The translations under genes were made by a program, and so were the position numbers. Under the pieces are notes generated by a model, which ran no database searches, was not told the origin of the DNA, and worked only from the letters and a program-made list of their open reading frames with translations. Positions 40,358 to 52,334 of a stretch of 64,000 bases of DNA are shown piece by piece (the first letter of the stretch is position 1; each line of letters opens with the position of its first letter). The stretch is from Macrostomum lignano (lineage: Eukaryota), in contig NIVC01001785.1 of assembly GCA_002269645.1 (NCBI GenBank), positions 124,001 through 188,000 on the forward strand, given 5' to 3'.

Positions 40358-41202
40358 TCATTCAGCCGCCGTGAATGTTGATAATTCCGACTTTGCGCCA
40401 GAATCCGCGTCCATCGCTGCACCCTCGTTCACATCCGTGTCCGGTTCAGCGCTTACTTCAGCTTCCGCAACTGCAATCGCTTCCGGAGCTACTTCTGCTT
40501 CCGGAGCTACTTCCGCTTCTGGAGATACTTCCGCTTCCGGAGCTACTTCCGCTTCTGGAGATACTTCCGCTTCCGGAGCTACTTCCGCTTCCGGAAATAC
40601 TTCCGCTTCCGAAATAATTTTCACTTCCGCAGATACTTCCTCTTCCGGAGCTACTTCCGCTTCCGGAAATACTTCCGCTTCCGGAACTACTTCCGCAGTC
40701 GCATTTCCTTCCGAAACCAGTTCCGCTTCCGAAGGTACTTCCGCTTCGACACTAACTTCAATGTCGGCATTGGCATCAGCGTCATTGTTCGCATCTTTAT
40801 CTTTTCGTTCGTCAACAGTTTCTGCATCACCTTCGAATTTCGCCTCTTCTCCGACCTCCTCTTCGGCTTCTGGTTCCTCTTCCTCTTCCGGTTGGGTACG
40901 AGTATCCCCGTCCGCTTCCGGTTCTGCGTCCATTTCCATTTCCGCTTCCGGTTCCTCCAGCTCAGCGTCTGTCTGCGCCGGATTTGAGGCCGGCGCCGGG
41001 GTGTCCGCTTGTTCCGCGTCCTCTTCCTCGTCATTAACAAAGAACGTTGGCGGCGGCGGCAGCTGCTGAGGCGCCCGACGCCGCTTGGCACCGCGGCCGG
41101 GTCCTGCTGAGGAGCCGCGCCGAGCCGAGGACCGCGGCCGCTTCCTGGTTGTCGAAGAACTTCCAGAGGCCTGCGCCTGAGTCGGGCTGGTCAGAATTGA
41201 CT
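40358..41202 (-). CDS. SMARCA2/4: brahma last exon (basic patch, then acidic repetitive tail)
   Basis: The phase-1 acceptor tcttccag| matches the preceding donor. The frame is open into supplied ORF 40358-40939 (PEAEV repeats) and ends at TGA. Confidence 0.82.
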
Positions 41203-41304
41203 CTGGAAGACAGCAAAAGACATTATTGAGTGAAATACTGATTGCTTGAGGGGTGAACGGGTGAATTTTAAATTATTAAAAGGGTGACTCTTTAACGCGT
41301 GAAA

Positions 41305-42257
41305 AGATGAATCTCTAATGAGTGAAGGAGTGAATCTCTAATGAGTGAAAGGCTGAATCTCTAATGAGTGAAAGAGTGAATCTCTAATGAGTGAAAGGGT
41401 GAATCTCTAACGCATGAAAGAGTGAATCTCTAATGAGTGAAAGGGTGAATCCCTAACACGTAAAAGGGTGAATCTCTAACACGTAAAAGGGTGAATCTCT
41501 AATGAGTGAAAGGGTGAATCTCTAACGCGTGAAAGAGTGAATCTCTAATGAGTGAAAGAGTGAATCTCTAATGAGTGTAAGGGTGAATCTCTAATAAGTG
41601 GAAGAGTGAATCTCTAATGAGTGAAAGGGTGAATCCCTAATGAGTGAAAGGGTGAATCCCTAATGAGTGAAAGGGTGAATCCCTAATGAGTGAAAGGGTG
41701 AATCCCTAATGAGTGGAAGAGTGAATCTCTAATGAGTGGAAGAGTGAATCTCTAATGAGTGAAAGGGTGAATCCCTAATGAGTGAAAGGGTGAATCCCTA
41801 ATGAGTGGAAGAGTGAATCTCTAATGAGTGGAAGAGTGAATCTCTAATGAGTGGAAGAGTGAATCTCTAATTAGTGGAAGAGTGAATCTCTAATGAGTGG
41901 AAGAGTGAATCTCTAATGAGTGGAAGAGTGAATCTCTAATGAGTGGAAGAGTGAATCTCTAATGAGTGGAAGAGTGAATCTCTAATGAGTGGAAGAGTGA
42001 ATCTCTAATGAGTGGAAGAGTGAATCTCTAATGAGTGGAAGAGTGAATCTCTAATGAGTGAAAGAGTGAATCTCTAATGAGTGGAAGAGTGAATCTCTAA
42101 TGAGTGAAAGAGTGAATCTCTAATTAGCGGAAGAGTGAATCTCTAATGAGTGGAAGAGTGAATCTCTAATGAGTGGAAGAGTGAATCTCTAATGAGTGAA
42201 AGAGTGAATCTCTAATTAGCGGAAGAGTGAATCTCTAATGAGTGGAAGAGTGAATCT
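41305..42257. repeat. 23-bp minisatellite (last brahma intron)
   Basis: Unit gagtgaatctctaatgagtggaa. Confidence 0.97.
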
Positions 42258-42321
42258 CAATCGATAGAAAGGTTACTCAATAATGCGCAACAGACGCAGA
42301 AAAGGAAACTGGGTCACTCAC

Positions 42322-42865
42322 CATCGCCAGGTGCATCCACTGCCGGCAGCGCCGCTTCCTCTTCCGCCAGACTCTTCCTGGTCTCCTCCCAGACCCGCTG
42401 CAGCACCAAGCTGTCCTGAAAGATCAAACTGCCGTCGGAATTGTAAGTGCGCGCATTCTCGAATAGTTGCCGCACCTCCGCGTCGAGTTCTTCAACGCTT
42501 AAATAGCGACCGTCGCGAACTCGCTGACGAATTCTGGCGAAGTCCAACGGCCGCCTGATCACTTCGTAATAGTCTGGCAGTTCGCGCCGGCTCGGCAGGC
42601 GGATGAACGGCTCGGCCAGGGGCCGGTTGTCTGTCGGGTCGCGATAGCGCATCACCGGCTGCAGCAGGCGCAGCATGTGGGCCGTCAGCTCCGGCGACGG
42701 GGCCGCCGTCCGAACGCCGCCGCCGCTAGCAGCGGATCTGCCGTGCGACATGGATTTCTTCTTTCTGCCTCGGCCGCTCTTGCCTTTGACGCCGCTGCCG
42801 GTGGCGTCGCTGCCGACGACATGCGGCGTGAAGCCATCGGCGTCCGATACGAATGAAGCCTGGGA
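42322..42865 (-). CDS. SMARCA2/4: brahma exon (AT-hook-like segment and bromodomain)
   Basis: GRGRKKK...AEPFIRLPSRRELPDYYEVIRRPLDF...NARTYN. Confidence 0.95.
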
Positions 42866-42951
42866 CTGCCAGTGGATTAAAAAACGTCAGACACAAGTGT
42901 GATCCATGGGAATGGCGGAAATAAGTTTGAGGCATAAATTCCGGTATGTAC

Positions 42952-43255
42952 GGGGTTGTAGCCTAGTGGTTAGAGCGTCGGACTCACGACTGGAAGGTCG
43001 CGGGTTCGATTCTTGACCTACTCGGAACAATTTGTGTCATTAAGCAAGACACTTAACTCTGCATTGCTTCAGTTCACCCAGCTGTAAAATGGGTGCCAGC
43101 ATTAGCTGGGGAAAATAAGGGTGTGTTGCGACCCCCCCCCCGTCCTTGGACTGAACAGCCGTACGCAGCCTTCAGATGCGCCGCGCAATATCTGCGGCTG
43201 AGCTGTCGGTTGCACATCTGCCCGTTAGCGAAGGCGTAATCAGTTATTATTATTA
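42952..43255 (+). mobile_element. tRNA-derived SINE, copy 1
   Basis: A-box TAGCCTAGTGG, B-box GGTTCGATTC, central CACCCAGCTGTAAAATGGGT and (TTA)n tail. It is homologous to the copy at 49964-50285. Confidence 0.88.
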
Positions 43256-43384
43256 GTCAGGTATGAAACAGCGAGACCCTAGAGTCTGGTACACAAAGAG
43301 TCGTAACGAAGGAGTCAGACAAGAGGGTAAAATATAAGAGTCAGATACGTAGATATCAGAAACGAAAGAGTCAGATATAAAAGA

Positions 43385-45472
43385 CAGATAAAGAGTCAGA
43401 CAGTCCCATCCCAGAGTCACACATTTCAGACGCGAGAGTCAGATAAAGAGTCAGACAGTCCCATCCCAGAGTCACACATTTCAGACACGAGAGTCAGATA
43501 AAGAGTCAGACAGTCCCATCCCAGAGTCACACATTTCAGACACGAGAGTCAGATAAAGAGTCAGACAGTCCCATCCCAGAGTCACACATTTCAGACGCGA
43601 GAGTCAGATAAAGAGTCAGACAGTCCCATCCCAGAGTCACACATTTCAGACACGAGAGTCAGATAAAGAGTCAGACAGTCCCATCCCAGAGTCACACATT
43701 TCAGACGCGAGAGTCAGATAAAGAGTCAGACAGTCCCATCCCAGAGTCACACATTTCAGACGCGAGAGTCAGATAAAGAGTCAGACAGTCCCATCCCAGA
43801 GTCACACATTTCAGACACGAGAGTCAGATAAAGAGTCAGACAGTCCCATCCCAGAGTCACACATTTCAGACACGAGAGTCAGATAAAGAGTCAGACAGTC
43901 CCATCCCAGAGTCACACATTTCAGACGCGAGAGTCAGATAAAGAGTCACAGTCCCATCCCAGAGTCACACATTTCAGACGCGAGAGTCAGATAAAGAGTC
44001 AGACAGTCCCATCCCAGAGTCACACATTTCAGACGCGAGAGTCAGATAAAGAGTCAGACAGTCCCATCCCAGAGTCACACATTTCAGACGCGAGAGTCAG
44101 ATAAAGAGTCAGACAGTCCCATCCCAGAGTCACACATTTCAGACACGAGAGTCAGATAAAGAGTCAGACAGTCCCATCCCATAGTCACACATTTCAGACA
44201 CGAGAGTCAGATAAAGAGTCAGACAGTCCCATCCCAGAGTCACACATTTCAGACGCGAGAGTCAGATAAAGAGTCAGACAGTCCCATCCCAGAGTCACAC
44301 ATTTCAGACGCGAGAGTCAGATAAGAGTCAGACAGTCAGATCCCAGAGTCACACATTTCAGACGCGAGAGTCAGATAAAGAGTCAGACAGTCCCATCCCA
44401 GAGTCACACATTTCAGACACGAGAGTCAGATAAAGAGTCAGACAGTCCCATCCCATAGTCACACATTTCAGACACGAGAGTCAGATAAAGAGTCAGACAG
44501 TCCCATCCCAGAGTCACACATTTCAGACACGAGAGTCAGATAAAGAGTCAGACAGTCCCATCCCAGAGTCACACATTTCAGACGCGAGAGTCAGATAAAG
44601 AGTCAGACAGTCCCATCCCAGAGTCACACATTTCAGACACGAGAGTCAGATAAAGAGTCAGACAGTCCCATCCCAGAGTCACACATTTCAGACACGAGAG
44701 TCAGATAAAGAGTCAGACAGTCCCATCCCATAGTCACACATTTCAGACACGAGAGTCAGATAAAGAGTCAGACAGTCCCATCCCAGAGTCACACATTTCA
44801 GACGCGAGAGTCAGATAAAGAGTCAGACAGTCCCATCCCAGAGTCACACATTTCAGACACGAGAGTCAGATAAAGAGTCAGACAGTCCCATCCCAGAGTC
44901 ACACATTTCAGACGCGAGAGTCAGATAAAGAGTCAGACAGTCCCATCCCAGAGTCACACATTTCAGACGCGAGAGTCAGATAAAGAGTCAGACAGTCCCA
45001 TCCCAGAGTCACACATTTCAGACGCGAGAGTCAGATAGAGTCAGACAGTCCCATCCCAGAGTCACACATTTCAGACACGAGAGTCAGATAAATAGTCAGA
45101 CAGTCCCATCCCAGAGTCACACATTTCAGACACGAGAGTCAGATAAAGAGTCAGACAGTCCTATCCCAGAGTCACACATTTCAGACACGAGAGTCAGATA
45201 AAGAGTCAGACAGTCCCATCCCAGAGTCACACATTTCAGACACGAGAGTCAGATAAAGAGTCAGACAGTCCCATCCCAGAGTCACACATTTCAGACACGA
45301 GAGTAAGATAAAGAGTCAGACAGTCAGATCCCAGAGTCACACATTTCAGACACGAGAGTCAGATAAAGAGTCAGACAGTCCTATCCCAGAGTCACACATT
45401 TCAGACACGAGAGTCAGATAAAGAGTCAGACAGTCCCATCCCAGAGTCACACATTTCAGACACGAGAGTCAG
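43385..45472. repeat. 55-bp minisatellite
   Basis: Unit agataaagagtcagacagtcccatcccagagtcacacatttcagacacgagagtc, very homogeneous. Confidence 0.98.
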
Positions 45473-45491
45473 ACGGCACGCAGCAACCTAC

Positions 45492-45949
45492 CAGCATTGA
45501 GTCCTCGCTTGCCATGGCTCGCTTCATTTTCTTCCTGTGCCGCATCTGGTCCTCCATCTCGTCCAGCGTGCCCTCTTGAATGGCCCGAATAAACTGCTGG
45601 TCAGTGAGCGAGTCAGTGTAATCAACTTCTTTCCGTTGACGCTTGCCGAATCCGCTGCAGCTCTCGCTGTCCTCGCCATCGTCTATCAGGCTAGAGGTGG
45701 CGGTCTCCTCCTCGATGCTGCTAATCCAGGGCGGCAGCTCGTCCTGTGACAGCAGCCTAGGCCGGTCGTCGTGCCGCTCCTTGTCCATGCGCTGGTAGAC
45801 TTTGAACTCCTCCTCTGAGCGGGCCAGCATCTGGTTGATCGTCTCGTCGTCGTGCACTTCTAAATCATCGTTACCGTCTTGCTCTTCTTCTAGCAGGGCC
45901 ATCAGAAATTCGCGACGCTGAACGCCAGTGGATTTCTGGTCAAACATGC
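45492..45949 (-). CDS. SMARCA2/4: brahma exon (SnAC domain)
   Basis: GMFDQKST...DDETINQMLARSEEEF...ELPPWI...GKRQRKEVDYTDSLTDQQF. Confidence 0.95.
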
Positions 45950-47240
45950 CTGGCGGAGACGAAGAGAATTGCGAGATTTCTTTCATTAGTCACCTACGCC
46001 TGCTACTATTAGTAGAAAAATATGCCGAAAATTTCATAAGGTGTTAAAAATGAATTAAATGTAAGAATATGTTTATACTAAAAATTAAAATCTTGTTTTT
46101 TTCTGTCTCGGCCGTGGTTTTGTCTCGCATAGAGACGCCTAACCGCAGTCACTCCTGTGAAACTTGTCTCTGCCTGGCTGAAAGCTTGTAATGAGTGAGT
46201 AGGCTGGGTTGGAGGGTAATAGTGGATCGGGAAGGGCTGTGGGTAGCTGTATAGGAAGGCAGGCCTATACCTGTACCAAGGTGCTCTGACGGTATCCCTC
46301 AGGCGCCCTCTGAGCGTACAGCCAGCGACCCTATTAAAGCTGGGAGTGTGCCAGAACCAGGACTGAGTCTGAGCAGGACGAGACCGTTGGCACGGTCACT
46401 ATAGAAATGGCGGGTTGGCGAAGCAAAGGGTGAAATAGTCCCGGCGATTAGCCCTCCTGCCGCTTCAAAGATAAGAGACTGTCTGGCAAGAGTACCCGGG
46501 GTTTAGTTGGGGGGGAGGCTCCTTCGGGTTGCCACGGCCGTGGGGGCGGTCAATTGACCGGTTTTTTGGCTTAACTAACCCTGGAGTAGGCACGGGCTTC
46601 CCTGATTGGTTCACTCAACCCCCTCTGGCCCGGGAGGTTTATGAATTGTTCCCGGGGTGGTGGGCGGTCGGCCCCAGCATGGTTGCCACGGCTCTAGGCC
46701 TTCGGGCCATCCCTAATAGGCTTAAGGGTCTATCTAACCTGGTTTTTTGGGCACGGGCTCCTGACTGGTTCGTCGAACCGCTGTCACTGTCCCCCGGGGA
46801 GGTTTGGTTTTTATGATTCTGCCCTGTACAGTCCTCTATAGTCTAACTTGGCTTTTAGTGTACATAAGTACACTCCCAATCTGGAACCCAAATATTTCTC
46901 TAGTGGCGTAAGAGCCTGCTCAATGGCTGAGGCGCCGTATTACTTATTTAGTTAGTTAGTTGCTTTTTTTCTAAGAATCTATTAATTAATCTCTTCCGAA
47001 CTGAGCCATATTCTGTCAATCTCCGTTCCGGTAAGCTTACCATATTCCAGCAAATTTCCAGCAAAGCTTACCATAGACAATATTTTTAGGAGGCACGACG
47101 TTCCCAGTCTATGATTATTCCAGTCTGGTAAAAATGCACAGCCTAAGAAAAAGTACAAATCAAAGCGTTCATAAACTAACATTGGTTTTTTGCGACTGAA
47201 TTAGATCATTCTTGAAGTACAGTATCTACTAGTCATAACT

Positions 47241-48917
47241 ATGGCATCATTACTGGAAGAAACAGATAATCTATCGATTTCCGACATTATGACGTCTGAT
47301 GACGAAGAGGCCTTCATATCCCAACTGCGGTAGATGAAACTGAAGAGCTTTCCTGGAATGCTGTAGTTGCTGGTCAAGATGTACTCGAGAATTTAAACGA
47401 ATTTCTGGGGACGCCTGGACTGAATCCAGGAATTACAGTTCCAGATTATGTTGAGGAAGCAACGCCATTATTTCTGGGCCTTTTTTACCGGATAGCCTCT
47501 TTGAAGACCTGGCAAAGTGGACCAACCGAAGAGCCTGGGCAGCGATTCACTCGGTCGACGCTGAGGACCTGCCTGTGAGTTTTGCACATTGGAGAGACTG
47601 CAGTGCAAATGAGATAAAGAAAGTTCTGGGAATGTACCAGTATCTTTACATGGGCTCCAACAAGAAGACCGAAATGAGCGAGTATTGGAGCACAGACAGC
47701 TACTACATAACACCTTATTTTCAAGCGGCTGAAGCTCTCTCTCGGGACCGCTTCAAACAGCTTCTGGGTCTACTCCGTTTTTATGACTGCGCTGAAGATC
47801 CGGCCGTAAACTACCCACTTTTTAAGATTCGCCCGTTGCTGCAGACATTGAGAGATGCTTGCGTTAATGTGTACAGGCCCGAGGAGGATGTGAGCGTAGA
47901 CGAATCTTTACGAACAAAGACGAACAAAGGGCGCTTACGCTTCCAACAGTATATTCCAACGAAGCGGGCAAAGTACGGCATAAAGTTGTATTGTGCCTGT
48001 GAGGCGGCAACGGGCTACCTGTACAACTTTCGTGTTCACTCAACCCCGGAGGAAAACCGCCGGTTCGATGAACCATTGCAAGGAGACACCCTGTCTTTCA
48101 GCGAGAAGTTTGTTGTCGAGCTCCGCTACCATCTGCTGCACCAAGGCTACCGCATCTTCGTCGACAAGTGGTTCGGATCCTATCGGCTGTCGGAGTACCT
48201 TCTGGCTCAAGGAACGCACCTGACTTGTACGGTCCGAGCTGACCGAGGCGTTCCGGTTGAGCTCAGAGAGCTGTATGTTCCACCTACCGATGATGCCTTC
48301 ATGCGCAAAGACCGTGTGTTGGCTGTAAAGATCATAGAAAGAAAGGAGAGTGGATTGAAGACGCTGTATTTGCTGGACACCGAAGAGGCGGCTGAGAAGG
48401 TTCAGACCCAACGAATTGTTCGAGGAGTGGAAACGACGGTGCAGAAGAGTAGGTCAGCACTTTCCTACAATCGGTGCATGGGAGGTGTTGACAGAATGGA
48501 CAGCCACATGCAGCCCCATCTGCCAGGTAGGAAAACGAAAAAGTGGTTTTTTTAAGCTTGGTTTACACCGATGTATGCAGATGATTCGCAACGCTTGGAT
48601 AGCGTACAAGAGGTGCGGTGGACAAAGAACATTTGCTAAGTTTCTGGAGGCCAGCATCCGGGAACTGGTAGAGCGCACTGGATCGAAGGAACAGGAGGCG
48701 ACCAGCGACTGCCGTTCAAGCTGCTCAGACGGCCGGTCCTGACAGTCCGCACTTCCCAAAGAAGATCACGCCACGGGACAGCCAGCCAAGGCCAACAAAG
48801 CGCTGTCGCATCTGCTACCGGGCTGGAAGCAGCAAGCGCACGATCTACTGCTGCCCCGAGTGCCCAGGAGAACCGGGGCTCTGTTTGGAAGCTTGCTTTC
48901 AGCAGTGGCATGCTTGA
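47241..48917 (+). pseudogene. piggyBac/PGBD4-like transposase, frameshifted
   Basis: VSVDESL...QYIPTKRAKYGIKLYC, IFVDKWFGS and YNRCMGGVDRMD (DDD core). C-terminal CRIC...CCPEC...LC...CFQQWH zinc ribbon. At least three frame breaks. TIRs were not identified. Confidence 0.9.
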
Positions 48918-49553
48918 CAGTGTAACTCTTAGACTGTACTCGTATTTTGTCAGAATGCAAAATGTTACCCAAGGAATTTGTTATCCTGTTTGATAAAGAC
49001 TCGCCTGCAAATGTCACAAAATGAGTCCTAATTTCTCAGAAGTTTTGCACCTCAAAGTGCATACCTTTGTACACATGTCAAATTTAGTTAATACATCGTT
49101 TGAGGGCGGTGTGAAAGAGCCTTCTGCCAGTTTATTGCTCCCAAAATATCCCCATTTCCATCGGATTCTCAACTGCCTTATTGCTTAAAACTATGCGATC
49201 CCTTTTGAAAATCCTGACGCTTTGAAGCTCTGAGTCTGGCCGAAAAATGGTCTTAGGGACAGTTGCTTAATTCCTAGTACGAGCTATTGTAAAAATCTGT
49301 TAGGGTAAGCCTTGCTAAGCGACTGCTGAAGGTTTTAAATATATGCCTAAAATCTCGAAATGCGCTACTAAAAACAGTAGATCACGAATTAGAGTCTAAT
49401 AAAACTGTTCAAATTGCACTACTAAAAGTAGAAAAAGTGCCGTAAATCTAAAAAAAAATTTTAAAGGAGAAATCCTAGCTAACCGATTGCACTACTAACA
49501 GTAGGGAACCTGCTACAAATATTTAATAGCACACACCGAGAGAACAAGCTTAC

Positions 49554-49908
49554 CAGCCTGGATAACCTTTTCGTCAACGTTGAGCTTGTACCTGGCAGCG
49601 GCTAGGATTCGTTCCTCGACCGAATTAACGCACATCAATCGCAATACGCGAACTTCATTTTTCTGGCCAATCCGATGCGCCCGATCCTGGGCCTGCAGAT
49701 CCTGATGCGGGTTCCAATCGGAGTCGAACAGAATCACAGTGTCAGCCGCCTGCAAGTTCAGGCCGAGACCGCCGGCTCGCGTGCTGAGCAGGAATATGAA
49801 ATAATCGGACTCTTTGTCGCTGAAGACCTGCAGCAGAGAGCCGCGATCCTCCGACTTGGTGGTGCCGTCCAAGCGCAGATACTTGTAGCCCATGTAGTCG
49901 AAGTAGTC
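49554..49908 (-). CDS. SMARCA2/4: brahma exon (helicase C, motifs V-VI)
   Basis: YLRLDGTTK...[43 protein letters not shown]. Confidence 0.97.
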
Positions 49909-49963
49909 CTGGGGTTGGTGTGATGGGAATCAGTGCGCTCTTTGACGGTTTGAAGAATGAAAC

Positions 49964-50285
49964 AATAATAATAATAATAATAATAATAATTGATTACACC
50001 TGCCCTAATGGCCAGATGTGCAACCGACAGCTCAGCCGCAGCTATTGCCCGGCGCATCTGAAGGCTGCGTACGGCTGTTCAGTCCAAGCACTGGGGGGGG
50101 GGTCGCCACACACATCCTCAATTACCCCAGCTAATGCTGGCACCCATTTTACAGCTGGGTGAACTGAAGCAATGCAGAGTTAAGTGTCTTGCTGAAGAAC
50201 ACAAAATTGTTCCGAATGGGTCGGGAATCGAACCCTCGACCTTCCAGTCGTGAGTCCGTCGCTCTGACCACTAGGCTACCACCTC
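49964..50285 (-). mobile_element. tRNA-derived SINE, copy 2, with target-site duplication
   Basis: Reverse-complement homologue of copy 1 with a long (ATT)n tail. It is flanked by ttgaagaatgaaacaataata and ttgaaggatgaaacaataata. Confidence 0.9.
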
Positions 50286-51037
50286 TTGAAGGATGAAACA
50301 ATAATAAATTTTTCGCAGTAGAGCTGTGGGTCGTTAGCGCAACGCCTTCAAGCTACATCGGTCATACAACCAGCGCTCAGGCGATTTTGCCCATTCCGCT
50401 GACTCCTGAGTACAAGCGCGCCAATACTGTACGCAGGCACAACACTCCTACACACGCTCACACTGGATGTACAGCGGCCCTGTGACTTTCTAATCGTCAG
50501 GCATGTACACTGGCTGTGAATCGCACGACAACCACCCCCCGAGGCCAATCCGTCCCAAATGAATGTGAACGGTTGAGCAAATAATCAAAGCTATAAGTAA
50601 AAAGATTCTGGATATGGATGAAAACGGTACCCAGGCCGAGAAGCGTCCCAGAGTCACTTGTGCACCCTTAGAGTCATTTCAGAGTTTTATTGTCTGCGAC
50701 TCTGAAACGACAAATGACTCAGGGGCCGTTGAGTCGTATTTGAGGCGTGCCAGAGTCGCTGTAGAATCGTTGAGTTGTGTTTAACGCACTCTAACTAGCC
50801 TACTGAGTTAGTAGAAAGTTAAGCGCCCAACACAACGATTCTTGGACGACGACTCTTTCGCGACTCTTTTACGATTCTACAACTCGCGTACTTTGAGTAA
50901 TGAAAAAATCACAAAAGTTAACCCAGTGTCGCGCTATAGCCACTAGAACTATTTGCAACAACTTTTTAGAGATTCTTGTCACGTTAACGTTTTCAAACGG
51001 GTAACCTCTAGGGCCTATAAATAGAGCTGAAAATTAC

Positions 51038-51289
51038 CTGCATAACGGTCATCAGCTGGGTCATCTGGCAGAAGATCAACACCCGGTGGCCAGTGGCCCG
51101 AAGTTTCGGCAGTATTCGGTTCAGCAATTCGAACTTGCCAGATGATCTGTACAGATCTTCTCCGTTGACAGCCTGGTGGCCCTTGTGCTCAGTCATGGCG
51201 TCCTCGATGTGGGGGAACAGGAACGGATGATTGCAGATCTTGCGCAGCTGCATGATGGTGTTGTTCAGCGTCCTGACGCCGCCGTTGCC
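51038..51289 (-). CDS. SMARCA2/4: brahma exon (ATPase lobe 2)
   Basis: [17 protein letters not shown]...[14 protein letters not shown]...VLIFCQMT. Confidence 0.96.
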
Positions 51290-51449
51290 CTGTGGAATAT
51301 TGGGTTTATACAGCTGATAGTGATTATACAGGTCTACAGTCATCTATTAATAGACGAAATTTTGTCAGGTGTGGTTGGCAGACATCTTGATATCTTGATA
51401 ATTAGTTCTAATGATGCGCCGAGAAATGATATATTGACAGACTAAGTAG

Positions 51450-51570
51450 TCTATTAATATTCTGAGCGATATTTTCAAAGATTCTGAGTAACTTATTGAC
51501 AGATTCTGAGTGATCTGTTGACAGATTCTGAGTGACTTATTGAGAGATTCTAAGTGATTTATTGACGGAT
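51450..51570. repeat. Short ~22-bp array
   Basis: Unit ttgacagattctgagtgactta, a few copies. Confidence 0.8.
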
Positions 51571-51630
51571 TTTGGTGACACTTCAACGGTGTGCCGCTAG
51601 ACTTCACAGATCAGAACCATAAACACTCAC

Positions 51631-52211
51631 CTTCTTGTCCTTCTCGGAGCCGGCGGTGAGTATGACATTCCGCTGACTCATATGATGGTGCAGAGTCCGC
51701 TGCAGGGCGCTCATGTCGCACTTGATCACGTACTCAACCTTCTCGGGCAGCTGAGATTCCACCTCTTTTTTGAGCCGGCGCAGCAGGAACGGCCGCAGGA
51801 CTTTGTGCAATCGGCGAATAATGAGCAGAGTCTCCTCTTGGTTGAGCTCAACTTTCTCTGAGCTGGACAGAGCGAACGGGGCATTAAACCACTGCTCGAA
51901 GGTGGTCACAGACGAGAACACTGACGGCAGCAGGAAGTTCATGAGAGCCCAGAGTTCGGGCAGCTTGTTCTGCAACGGAGTGCCAGTCAGCAGCAGTCGG
52001 TAGGGCGCGGTGAAGTAGGTGTTGAGCACGCAGGTGAGCTTGCAGTGATGATTCTTCATCCGATGGCCCTCGTCGATGATCATGTACTTCCATTTGATTT
52101 TAGTTAGCACGGACTTGTCCTTTATGATGTACTCGTAAGTAGTCAGTAGGACATTGAATTTTGCCGAGCGAAGCTCCGTCTGTTGCAGCTGGCGGCGCAT
52201 CTGGGGCGAGC
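51631..52211 (-). CDS. SMARCA2/4: brahma exon (DEGH motif, motif III)
   Basis: [19 protein letters not shown]...[24 protein letters not shown]. Confidence 0.97.
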
Positions 52212-52334
52212 CTGGCGCGGATTTTGGGGCGATGTCAGTTATTTATTAATGATATTAGCGTATCTCTACTTATGAGTAAAACTTGTCAAAAAACATTAAA
52301 ACATAACTGTTGTATTTATTACAGACGATTCTTA

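Noticed and set aside
42952-43023. Functional tRNA gene (Val-CAC-like)
   Set aside because: The anticodon and acceptor stems are mismatched, and it continues into a SINE body with a tail that recurs at 49964-50285.
43385-45472. CRISPR-like array
   Set aside because: The units are contiguous 55-mers without unique spacers, there are no cas genes, and the context is eukaryotic. The same applies to all other arrays.
46981-49270. TTAA-flanked piggyBac terminal inverted repeats
   Set aside because: Candidate ends at ~46986 and ~49270 match only weakly as inverted repeats, so the boundaries were not called.
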